Assembly: GCA_963838925.1 (NCBI GenBank)
Contig: CAWISW010000003.1
Span: forward strand, 754,595 to 818,594
Reading direction: 5' to 3'
DNA length: 64,000 nucleotides
Source: an uncultured Nitrososphaerota archaeon
GTDB lineage: Archaea > Thermoproteota > Nitrososphaeria > Nitrososphaerales > Gagatemarchaeaceae
Shown: positions 45,722 through 54,484 of the stretch, piece by piece
How the letters are laid out: every line of letters starts with the position of its first letter
How positions within the stretch are numbered: position 1 is the first letter of the stretch
The notes under the pieces: generated by a model
Told to the model about the DNA's origin: nothing
The model's database searches: none
What the model saw: only the letters and a program-made list of their open reading frames with translations
Program-made: the position numbers and the translations under genes

Positions 45722-47074
45722 ATGGGCGCCAAACTGAAGCCTAGACGGGCTCGGGGTTCGGTCTCGCAGTTCGCTAGGCTCTTCGCCGGCGTCGGGGCCG
45801 TGGGCTTCCTGACGCACGTCGCAGAGTACTCTTCGTTCATCATCGTCTTGGTCTTCCTGTCGGACAAGCTCACGGTAACCTTCCAATTAGGAACGGTCGG
45901 GTACGTCTTCGTGGGCTCGATTTCGGGCATCTATCTCGTGACTTCCGGCCTCATATCGGTCCCCATGGGTCACCTCTGCGACAAGTACGGGCGCCGGAAT
46001 TTCACGGTCTTTGGATGCGTGCTCGGCGCAGTCTCCCTAGGCTCGCTAATCGTGTCGAACTCGTTCAACAGCCTGCCGGAGTTCATCGGCGCGATGGCGG
46101 TGTCGCTGTGCGCCCTCGGGGTCGCCCACGGGACCTACACTGCGAGCACGCTCTCCTACAGCGGGGACCTTGCGGAGCGCTACAAGGAGATGGGAAAGGC
46201 TTACGGCCTTGTCGACGGCGCGGAGTTCGCCGGCTTCGCTTTCGGTCCCGCATTGGGCACGGCGATCTCGGTCATCACAAAGAGCAGGATTAGCGTCTTT
46301 CAAGACGCTCTCTACCTGATGCTCGCCTCTGCGTTCATCGCATTTTTCCTCATGCCTGAAATCAAGGGCGCCTCATACAAAGCTCACTCAGGAAACGGTT
46401 CCGCAGACCATGTCAACATCGAGTCCCATCCGCTCGGCCTTGACGCGTTGCACGAGGACGAGCACAGCCACAGCGCTTCCTGGGAGGACTACATCAACGC
46501 CTTCAGAACTCCGATCGTCAGCGTCGCGCTCCTCACAACGATAGACGGCGCGATTGGCTTCGCAGGGTTCTTTCAATTCGTTCCCCTCTACGCCAACTCG
46601 CTGGCCGGGTCGATTCCAGTCTTCGGGTCGCTCTACGGCTACTTCCCCTCGATAATGGCCATCACCACGATCACGGTGATGGTTCCCCTCGGCCACAGGC
46701 TCGACAGTGGAAAGAGGAGAATGCCGTACCTCGTGGCTGGGCTGATCGGAAGCTCGATATCGATCGCGGCGGTCTTCTTCAACTCCACGCTCCTGACGTT
46801 CATAGTCGCCTCGTTCGCACATGGGATCTTCATCGCAATGATCAGGATCAGCCAGCTTCTGATCCTAGGGGAGGCGAGCCACCCATCCAACCGGGCTGCG
46901 ATAATGGGGACAAACCACGCGATGGAGCATGCCGGTTACGGGATAGCCGCCATTTCCATTGGGATCCTTGTCGGGTTCCTCGGCTTCGTGAGCGCGTTCA
47001 GAGTCCTTTCGCTCATTCTACTCATAGCCGGGGTCGCGTTCCTCGTCTATGCGGTCAAGAAAAAAGTGCAGTGA
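45722..47074 (+). CDS. MFS transporter with His-rich central loop
   Basis: GHLCDKYGRR (motif A), about 12 TM segments, loop containing HEDEHSHS. Confidence 0.88.
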   Translation: MGAKLKPRRARGSVSQFARLFAGVGAVGFLTHVAEYSSFIIVLVFLSDKLTVTFQLGTVGYVFVGSISGIYLVTSGLISVPMGHLCDKYGRRNFTVFGCVLGAVSLGSLIVSNSFNSLPEFIGAMAVSLCALGVAHGTYTASTLSYSGDLAERYKEMGKAYGLVDGAEFAGFAFGPALGTAISVITKSRISVFQDALYLMLASAFIAFFLMPEIKGASYKAHSGNGSADHVNIESHPLGLDALHEDEHSHSASWEDYINAFRTPIVSVALLTTIDGAIGFAGFFQFVPLYANSLAGSIPVFGSLYGYFPSIMAITTITVMVPLGHRLDSGKRRMPYLVAGLIGSSISIAAVFFNSTLLTFIVASFAHGIFIAMIRISQLLILGEASHPSNRAAIMGTNHAMEHAGYGIAAISIGILVGFLGFVSAFRVLSLILLIAGVAFLVYAVKKKVQ

Positions 47075-47931
47075 TTGCGAGAATGACCGGAGAGCCAAGA
47101 CACAATGCGTCGAGCGTATTGGGTCCGAAGGCGGCGTTAGTGTGGATTGCGTTGGCCTTGGTTGGGATTGTGGTTCTCGCTTTCGTCATGTCGGGGTTTG
47201 CCTTCCCAAGGACCGCGACCTTTTCGACAAGCAGTTCCGGCCAAACCAGCAGCGCCGAAGGCGTGCCGCCCTTCAACCAGACCGTCCTACAAGCGCACCT
47301 GAACAAGCTGGACCGCCTGAATGTGAACGGGGCGGATTCCGACTATTCTGACAACGCCGTCGTTGTCTGGACGGGTGCGTCGGGTACCTCGCTGGCCTAC
47401 GGTGGCACCTACAACGGCCCCAACAGCATCCGGGACCTCCTGGACAGCGTCGTCGGAACGGCGACCAACATGTCGGTCATCATAAGGTCCTTCACCGCCA
47501 AGGCACCGTCGGCCTCGAGGGTCGAAAGCGTCAACGCGACACTCTTTCTCCTTGGGAACAGCACAGTCGTCGGTCAGGTCACTGCGAACATCGACGCCCA
47601 GTATCAGTTCGTCTACACCGATGGCGTGTGGCTGATCTCCCAGGAGAGCTGGGACTACAAGACATTCACGACCCAATTCAACGCGGGGGAGACCACCTTT
47701 CCGCAGTGGCAAACCGTCGGTCCCCCCCTTCCTCAGCGATACTCTGAGAGTCCGTTCAAGAACTGGGTCTACTTCTACGGCGGGGCAGCAGCAGCCGTAG
47801 CCATAGCCGGATACTTGGCTAGCATCCCGGTCTTGGTTAGGCTCCGACCTAAGGCAGCCACAAGCCGGCCTGATGTCCATGAAAACCCAATCCCTCGTGT
47901 ACGTGGTCAAGAAGAGGGTACGGTGACTTGA
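47071..47931 (+). CDS. Membrane-anchored SnoaL/NTF2-like protein (N- and C-terminal TM)
   Basis: QAHL...DYSDNAVVVW...GTYNGPNSIR...WLISQESW. Confidence 0.75.
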   Translation: MIARMTGEPRHNASSVLGPKAALVWIALALVGIVVLAFVMSGFAFPRTATFSTSSSGQTSSAEGVPPFNQTVLQAHLNKLDRLNVNGADSDYSDNAVVVWTGASGTSLAYGGTYNGPNSIRDLLDSVVGTATNMSVIIRSFTAKAPSASRVESVNATLFLLGNSTVVGQVTANIDAQYQFVYTDGVWLISQESWDYKTFTTQFNAGETTFPQWQTVGPPLPQRYSESPFKNWVYFYGGAAAAVAIAGYLASIPVLVRLRPKAATSRPDVHENPIPRVRGQEEGTVT

Positions 47932-47935
47932 TAAT

Positions 47936-48529
47936 ATGATTTTGGAATCCCAAGGAAATGGGTATTCGACCGAATGGGGCTCAAAGAGAGCCCTGTTGTG
48001 GGTAGGCGTCGCTATCGTCGGGATGGTTGTCATGGGCTTTGCGTTGTTCGCATACGTCTCCCCTGGGATTGCATATCGGTCTGCCGGCTTAAGCCAGTCG
48101 GCCGCTTCGAGCGTCCCTCTCTTCAGCCAGTCTGTGCTCCAGGCGCACCTTGACAAATTTGACGACCTCAACTTCAACGGAGCGGCTGGGGACTATTCAG
48201 ACAACGCGGCCGTGATCTGGCAAGGAGCCGCTGGCACCTCGCTAGCGTACGGTGGCATATACTACGGACAAAACGACATCCGGAGTCTCCTCGTCAACGC
48301 GTTCGGCAGGTCTACGAGCATGTGGGTGACCATAATTTCCTTCGATGACAAGCCCTGGTTCAATCCAGGCATGGAACAAGTCAACGCGACGCTGTTCTTG
48401 CAGGGTAACGGCACCACCATCGGTCAGGTCACTGCAAACATCAGCGCCAATTACAAATTCGTGTATTCTAACGGGGTTTGGCAGATTTCACAGGAGAACT
48501 GGATATACGACGCTATCACGACTAACTAG
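47936..48529 (+). CDS. Membrane-anchored SnoaL/NTF2-like protein, tandem paralogue
   Basis: QAHL...DYSDNAAVIW...GIYYGQNDIR...WQISQENW. Confidence 0.75.
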   Translation: MILESQGNGYSTEWGSKRALLWVGVAIVGMVVMGFALFAYVSPGIAYRSAGLSQSAASSVPLFSQSVLQAHLDKFDDLNFNGAAGDYSDNAAVIWQGAAGTSLAYGGIYYGQNDIRSLLVNAFGRSTSMWVTIISFDDKPWFNPGMEQVNATLFLQGNGTTIGQVTANISANYKFVYSNGVWQISQENWIYDAITTN

Positions 48530-48728
48530 GGCGCCGATGACTATCCCCCAGTAATGGCAAGCCCTCGGCCCGCCATTTACCTCGCGGGCACTCGGAGAGC
48601 CAATTCAAGAATATTGTCTACCTCTAATGAGGGATAACGCCCGGCAACAGTCTTCGTAGGTTACCTGGCTACCCTCCCTGTGGTGGTCGAGCTCCGGAAG
48701 GGGCGCGCGAGGAAAGAATCCTGAGCTT

Positions 48729-49226
48729 CTAGGATGTCCTTTTCACCGAAGCAGAACGTGGCTGTTTCTTGACGCCTGAGGCAGGACGAAGAAGGAACCA
48801 GGACACGCACGCTCCATAGTGGCCCTTGAGGTCCTTCGAGAGGAACTTGTAGCTCCGCACCACCTTCCTGCAGCCTGATGTCCCGCACTTGCACTCCATC
48901 GCGAACCCGTCCCAGCCCACGTTCGTCGAGTAGTCGAACGTCACCTCGTCCCCCTCCTCTATCCGGCGGAGCGCTACTATCCTCGTCCTTCCCATGATGA
49001 CACAGTTCGGCTCGCAAGAGTGGTTCATGAACCAGCCCGCCGACCCCTTCTTGGGGACGACGTACCTATCGTAGTCGACCTGGAAGCAGTACTGCCACAG
49101 CTCCTTGGGGATGTCCTTGATCGACCTCTCCTTTCCGGAGTAGTCCCAGACGAGCTCGCCAAGCTCTATCCTTCTCGACGCGTAGACCCCCTTCCCCTTC
49201 GCCGCCGCCTCGCCGATTCGTAGCAT
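48729..49226 (-). CDS. SET-domain protein-lysine methyltransferase with post-SET motif
   Basis: KGKGVYA, FMNHSCEPN, EVTFDY, CKCGTSGC; ATG 49226. Confidence 0.92.
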   Translation of the reverse strand: MLRIGEAAAKGKGVYASRRIELGELVWDYSGKERSIKDIPKELWQYCFQVDYDRYVVPKKGSAGWFMNHSCEPNCVIMGRTRIVALRRIEEGDEVTFDYSTNVGWDGFAMECKCGTSGCRKVVRSYKFLSKDLKGHYGACVSWFLLRPASGVKKQPRSASVKRTS

Positions 49227-49357
49227 CGGCTTCCGCTGGCTTGCGCTCCCAGCATCCTTGGCGTGCAATGTCAGCGGCCCAACCGTCCGGCGAGCCTTTA
49301 AAAGTCGTGCACCGTTAGAATTATCTGAACTAGGTTGCCGCCAGGCGGGTCAAAGAG

Positions 49358-50128
49358 TTGAGCGGGCTGATGGAAGAGAGCGGGGCGCCTCCCCAGAAGG
49401 GCTGGGTCAGGGACGGGATCCTGTCTCTGTTGGCGAAGGGCCCCGGGACCGCCACGGAGATTGCAAGGGAGCTCGGAGTCTCGAAGGCCACCGTCTCGTA
49501 TCACACGAAGGCCCTGATAAGGCGGGACATGATCGAGATCTCCGACATCAAGAGCATAAGGGGAGGCGTCTACAGCAAGACCTACGCGCTCAAGCGCGGC
49601 ACTCTCGCCCTCGCGAGGCGAAGGGGGGAGCAAGGCGGGTCCCTGACGACCCTGGACGACTTCTTCGAGAAGCTCCTCATGAGCTGGCACCTCGAGCCGA
49701 GGAGGAAGCCCGCGGACGAGATAGAGGTCTTCCTCTACCACCTTTACAGGCTGCTGGCGGAGTCCGACTCCCTCGACGACACGATATTCGAGGACTTCGG
49801 GCAGCGCGTCGGGACGGTTCTCATCGCGCCCTCGCTGAAGTTCACCACCATGAAGAGCGGGATCAAGGAGCTCTCGTCCTACCTCGGAGCCGAGGACATG
49901 GCGCAGCTCTCGTCCGAGGAAAGCAAGGGGGGCGAGCCGAGGCTCGTGTGCATGGGGTGCTTCGAAAACAAAGAATATGGGAGCCTCGTTTGCTCCTTCA
50001 CCAAGGGCATGCTCACCGGGGCGATCAGGGCGAAACGGGGCGGGAGGCTGCAGCTCGAGAGGCTCAAGCAGGGCTCCGGCACGTCCGGCTGCCTCTACGC
50101 TGTGAGGACGAGGGGATTCAAGGCTTGA
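49358..50128 (+). CDS. ArsR-type HTH plus V4R-domain transcriptional regulator
   Basis: ATEIARELGVSKATVSYHTKAL HTH; FGQRVG...CMGCFE...CSFTKGML...C V4R pattern. Confidence 0.85.
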   Translation: MSGLMEESGAPPQKGWVRDGILSLLAKGPGTATEIARELGVSKATVSYHTKALIRRDMIEISDIKSIRGGVYSKTYALKRGTLALARRRGEQGGSLTTLDDFFEKLLMSWHLEPRRKPADEIEVFLYHLYRLLAESDSLDDTIFEDFGQRVGTVLIAPSLKFTTMKSGIKELSSYLGAEDMAQLSSEESKGGEPRLVCMGCFENKEYGSLVCSFTKGMLTGAIRAKRGGRLQLERLKQGSGTSGCLYAVRTRGFKA

Positions 50129-50946
50129 GCGCTCGCAGAGGTCAACCTAGCAAGCCCCAGCAGAGCGGGGGGCAAAGCGGCCGCGACCGTCGGTCGCCTT
50201 CGCGCGTGCGGGTCCCTCAAGGAGGAAAGCGACCGCTAGACAGGGACGAGTTCCTCAAGCTCCTCGAGACCAAGCTGGAGGAGAAGTATCAGGACAAGCA
50301 CCCCCTGATGCTCATGCTCTATGCGGGGAAGCTCAGCCCCAAGCAAGTGAGGGCATGGATAATCAACAGGTTCTACCTCCAAAAGAACATCCCGCTCAAG
50401 GACGCCGCGATACTCTCGAACTGCCCAGAGACCGAGGTGAGGAGGCTCTGGATCGGAAGGATACTCAAGCGGGAGGGCCTCGGCGGGAGCATCGGAGACG
50501 TCGAGGGGTGGATAGGGTTCGCGGAGTCGGCGGGCATCGTGAGGAACGACATCCTGAGGGCGAAGTGCCTCCCGGGAGTCAGGTTCGCTGTGGACGGCTA
50601 CGTCAACTTCGCGAGGCGCGCGGACTGGACAGAGGGCGTCGCCGCCTCCCTCATCGAGTACTTCGCGAAGGGGGAGCTCGTCAAGAGGATAGAGGCGTTC
50701 AAGCGGCACTACCCGTGGATCGAGCCGGAGGGCTACAGGTTCTTCATGTCCCGCCTTGGGCAGCTCGACGAGGCCAACGAGACCACCCTCCGCATCGTCC
50801 TACGGTACTGCCAGACGAGGGAGATGCAGCTGCGCGCGATAGACGCGGCCGAGTCGATGGCGGACATCTATTGGAGCCTCCACGACGCCATCTACGTCGC
50901 CTACGTCATCCAGGACAGGCCGCTCTCTGACTCTTTGTCAGGCTGA
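50125..50946 (+). CDS. PqqC-like protein with catalytic residues substituted
   Basis: HP...GKLS...AWIINRFYLQ..IPLKDAAILSNCP...RRLW..RI...PGVRFAVDGYVNFAR...YWSLHDA; TTG 50125 overlaps the regulator stop (alternative start GTG 50206). Confidence 0.88.
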   Translation: MSARRGQPSKPQQSGGQSGRDRRSPSRVRVPQGGKRPLDRDEFLKLLETKLEEKYQDKHPLMLMLYAGKLSPKQVRAWIINRFYLQKNIPLKDAAILSNCPETEVRRLWIGRILKREGLGGSIGDVEGWIGFAESAGIVRNDILRAKCLPGVRFAVDGYVNFARRADWTEGVAASLIEYFAKGELVKRIEAFKRHYPWIEPEGYRFFMSRLGQLDEANETTLRIVLRYCQTREMQLRAIDAAESMADIYWSLHDAIYVAYVIQDRPLSDSLSG

Positions 50947-50965
50947 GCGGATGTCACCGTAGGGC

Positions 50966-52879
50966 TCAGCTCCTCCTTGCAGCCTTCCTCAGCGACCTGT
51001 TCTCTATCAGGAGCACCGTAACGACGGCTGCCAAGATGCCCGCTGCCGCTATGGGGACGAAGCTCTCCCACGACGGGGCAACGGGAGGAGGGACCGCGAA
51101 CGCCATGAGGTCTCCCGGGAGCCCGCCCGGGAACGCGCCGTATGAGGGGGCCCCGATGAGCTGGTAGAGATAGACCTGCCCGTCCGCGGCGGAGCCGATC
51201 GTGGGGCTGTCGTAGAGCGGCGGACCGACGTACAGGTCGTAGACCTGCTTCCCCGTCTTCGCGTTGAGGATGTGGATGCTCCCGTCGAGGCTCCCGGCGA
51301 ATATCAGGCCGTTGCTCGCGGTGAGCCACCCTCGGTAGGGGACCGTCGGGAGGAAATAGCTCCATGCGACCGTCCCGTTGGAGGCGTGGATGGCGTAGAT
51401 GGTCGTGTTGGCCTGCTGCCAGTCCGGGGTGAGGTCTGTCACACCCCACACCTGGGCTCCCTCGGTGCTCACCGCAGAGACCTTCCCCGAGGTGCAGAAG
51501 TTGTAGCTCGCCACGTAGATCATCGAGTAGGCGTAGGCGATGTCCGACTCGATGGCCCCGTTCTCCCCTGGGCACTGCCTGAACTCCTGAGTGGAGGGGT
51601 AGTTGATCCACGGAAGGGTGCCGGAGTAGTTGCCCGTGACGACGTAGTTCGCATTGCCGGTCAGATTCCTGACGACCGACGGCGGGTCGAAGTACCAGAG
51701 CAGCTTCCCTGTCAGGGCGTCCATCGCGTAGACGTAGCCGTTCTTGCATCCCTTGAAGACCGCCTCGTGCACGCTGCCCCCTGAGGTGACGTTGCCCAGC
51801 ACTGTGTTCCAGCCGCAGTCGAAGTCGTAGAGGTCGTGCGGGGTGGCCTGATAGAACCAGATCATGCGGCCGTTCGTCGCGTTGAGCGCGATGACGGAGT
51901 CGGCGTAGAGGTCAGGCCCGGGCCTGTAGGTGCCGTTCCAGTCCGGGGAGGCCTGCGAAGTGGAGACGTACACGATCCCGTGCCTGGTGTCCACCACGGG
52001 GTCTCCGAAGCTCGGCCCCGCGCCCGCGAGCGGCCCGCTTGCCCCCGGGCCGTTGAGGCTCAGCGTCCCCCAGTCGCCGCTCACCGGGGCCACGTTACCG
52101 TGGCACGAGGAAGGCGGGCACGAGTCCACGTCCCAGCTCGCGTTGCCCCCCGCGGGCGGCGTCACGTACCATCTCCAGAGCAGGTTGCCGCTCGTCACGT
52201 CGTAGGCGGCAACGAAGCCGCGCCCCACGTTTGTCCCTTCGGAGACCGAACTCGTCCATATCATCGTGTTGCCGTCGAAGACCGGAGGGACGCCCATCCC
52301 GTCGTAGAATCCGGCGTTCCCCGGTATGTCCTTGCAGATGTCGGAAATCTTCATCGCCACGCTGCCGGTCTCCGCGTCGAGGGCTATCACCGAGCAGTCG
52401 GGCAGGCTGACCCAGACGTCACCGCGGTAGTAGTTGATTCCGTGCATGTGCCCGACCAGCAGGCCGAGCGGCAACCCCGTGGTGTTGAGCTGGGCAGCAT
52501 AGGACCATATGACTGTGCCCGTCTCCCCGTTGATGGCGTAGACCGTGAGGTAGTTCGAGAAGAGGTAGACGGTGCCGTTCACAACGAGCGGAGGAGAGAT
52601 CGACCCTTGCCCGGTAGCGTTGAGGCCCGGGACGTTGTACTCGGCGGGGAAGGGGAGGGTCCACGCGACCTGGAGGTTTTGGACGTTCGACGCGCCCACT
52701 TGGCTCTGGGCGACGTAGTTCGTGTGGTTGGAGTTCGAGTTCATCGTGGTCCAGTCCGCCGCGGCTCCCGCGCTTGCGTTGGGCTGCGACTCGGCGGGAG
52801 CGGGCGGAACCGTGAGGCTCATGAAAAGGAGGAGGAGCAGCCCTGCCACGACCGGCTTCCACGCTTGAGCCCTCTTCAC
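50966..52879 (-). CDS. Secreted PQQ-binding beta-propeller dehydrogenase 1 with C-terminal membrane anchor
   Basis: Signal peptide, NVQNLQVAW, repeated AxxxxxGxxxW blades, RGFVAAYD, RPGPDLY, WFYQATPHDLYDFD, CPG, C-terminal TM and basic tail; GTG 52879. Confidence 0.9.
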   Translation of the reverse strand: MKRAQAWKPVVAGLLLLLFMSLTVPPAPAESQPNASAGAAADWTTMNSNSNHTNYVAQSQVGASNVQNLQVAWTLPFPAEYNVPGLNATGQGSISPPLVVNGTVYLFSNYLTVYAINGETGTVIWSYAAQLNTTGLPLGLLVGHMHGINYYRGDVWVSLPDCSVIALDAETGSVAMKISDICKDIPGNAGFYDGMGVPPVFDGNTMIWTSSVSEGTNVGRGFVAAYDVTSGNLLWRWYVTPPAGGNASWDVDSCPPSSCHGNVAPVSGDWGTLSLNGPGASGPLAGAGPSFGDPVVDTRHGIVYVSTSQASPDWNGTYRPGPDLYADSVIALNATNGRMIWFYQATPHDLYDFDCGWNTVLGNVTSGGSVHEAVFKGCKNGYVYAMDALTGKLLWYFDPPSVVRNLTGNANYVVTGNYSGTLPWINYPSTQEFRQCPGENGAIESDIAYAYSMIYVASYNFCTSGKVSAVSTEGAQVWGVTDLTPDWQQANTTIYAIHASNGTVAWSYFLPTVPYRGWLTASNGLIFAGSLDGSIHILNAKTGKQVYDLYVGPPLYDSPTIGSAADGQVYLYQLIGAPSYGAFPGGLPGDLMAFAVPPPVAPSWESFVPIAAAGILAAVVTVLLIENRSLRKAARRS

Positions 52880-52993
52880 TGGCGTTCTCGCCTTCGTCGT
52901 CGGAGTCGTCCACTTTAAGCTTGGAGTTGTCGCCCTTGCGCCTGAAACTCTCTCGGAACGGTCATAAAGGGCAGAATACTCCGAGACCTGACG

Positions 52994-54484
52994 TTGGAAG
53001 CGCTCGCCAAGCGGCGCAAGTGGTTCTCGCTGGCCGCGGTGAACCTCGGCAACTTCGTCCCGCCCTTGGACACTGGGATAATGTCCCTCATCCTTCCGAC
53101 GATCTCCATCAGCCTGAAGGCCCCGGTCGGGGTCGTCCTCTGGGTCCCGCTGGAGTCCCTCATCATCACAGCCGCGTTCATGCCCATCTTCGGGAAGTTC
53201 TCCGACCGTCACGGAAGGAAGCGATACTTCGTCCTAGGCCTGGCGCTCTTCTCGGTCGGAGCCTACCTCTCCGGTAACTCCCTGACCATCTATGAGCTCC
53301 TGATCTACAGGGTCGTCCAGTCCTTGGGAGGGGCGTTCATCCTTTCGAACGGCAGGGCCCTGATCGTCGACGCCTTCGAGCCCAGGGAGCGGGGATTCGC
53401 CCTCGGGACCCACATCTCGGTGATCTACATCGGGATGACCGTCGGCGTAGCGCTGACGGGGAGCGTCGTAACGATAACCCAGTCTGTCGGCTGGCGGTAC
53501 GTCTTCTACGCCAACTCCCTGATAGCCGCGGCGGCGATTCCCATCTCTCTGATAGCGCTGAGGGAGAGCGAGAAGAACCTCGCGATCAAGACGGATTGGC
53601 TCGGGTCGGTCTTCTTCGCGGGGGCCCTCGGCTCCGCCCTGGTCGCCTTGACCGCGGCAGCCAACGGCCTGTCCGCGATCAACTGGTACATCCAGCAGCT
53701 CTACATCCCCTTCCTCCACTACTACGTGTACCTGAATCAAGAGTATTCCATCCCACTCTACGCCATAGGCGCCGTCGGGATAGCGTCCGCGGTCCTCTTC
53801 GTCCTTCGCGAGACCACCACCGCGCAGCCGCTCATCAACTTCAACACCTTCAGGACGAACTCCATGTTCGCGTCGACCAACTTCTCGGCCCTCTTCGTGT
53901 ACATGGGGCACTATGGCACGCTGATACTGCTCTCGTTCTATCTCGAGCTCATCAGGGAGTTCAGCCCACTGACCGCGGGGCTCCTGCTCACCGTCGAGCC
54001 GCTCTCGGTCACTGTCTTCGCCGTCTTCGGGGGGTGGATCGCGAGCAGGACTTCCAGCCGCGACCCCGCTGTGGCGGGCTGTGTGATTGCGATGGCCGCA
54101 CTTCTCCTTCTCAGCACCCTTAACCAGGAGACCTCGACCACTACTATCGCCTTCCTCTTGGGAATGCTGGGGGCGGGAGTCGGCATCTTCGCCCCCACGA
54201 ACACCAACGCCAACCTGGCTTCGGTCCCGGCTGGCGACCGCGCGATGTCCAACGGCGTACTGGGGATGATGAGGTCGACGGGTCAGAGCGTCAGCCTTGC
54301 GATAGGGACGATATTCATCGGGCTCTACCTGTTTGGGGCCGCGCTCCAGGGGAACGTCTCGATCGCGAAGTACATCTCAGCGGTCGACCTGTTCTTCGTC
54401 GTGGGGGCCGTGTTGGTGGCGATAGCGACTATCTTCGCGTTCAGAGGGCGCGAGTCCGCGGAGGCCCACCACGGCCCCCCGTAG
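52994..54484 (+). CDS. MFS transporter, DHA2 (EmrB/QacA) family
   Basis: LDTGIM...LPTI, FGKFSDRHGRKR, RVVQSLGGA, ERGFALG, GWRYVFYAN; about 14 TM segments. Confidence 0.9.
   Translation: MEALAKRRKWFSLAAVNLGNFVPPLDTGIMSLILPTISISLKAPVGVVLWVPLESLIITAAFMPIFGKFSDRHGRKRYFVLGLALFSVGAYLSGNSLTIYELLIYRVVQSLGGAFILSNGRALIVDAFEPRERGFALGTHISVIYIGMTVGVALTGSVVTITQSVGWRYVFYANSLIAAAAIPISLIALRESEKNLAIKTDWLGSVFFAGALGSALVALTAAANGLSAINWYIQQLYIPFLHYYVYLNQEYSIPLYAIGAVGIASAVLFVLRETTTAQPLINFNTFRTNSMFASTNFSALFVYMGHYGTLILLSFYLELIREFSPLTAGLLLTVEPLSVTVFAVFGGWIASRTSSRDPAVAGCVIAMAALLLLSTLNQETSTTTIAFLLGMLGAGVGIFAPTNTNANLASVPAGDRAMSNGVLGMMRSTGQSVSLAIGTIFIGLYLFGAALQGNVSIAKYISAVDLFFVVGAVLVAIATIFAFRGRESAEAHHGPP

Noticed and set aside
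49258-50124. 562-aa ORF suggesting a long N-terminal fusion on the PqqC-like protein
   Set aside because: The upstream part is an off-frame shadow of the HTH-V4R gene in GC-rich DNA; the credible start is TTG 50125 or GTG 50206.
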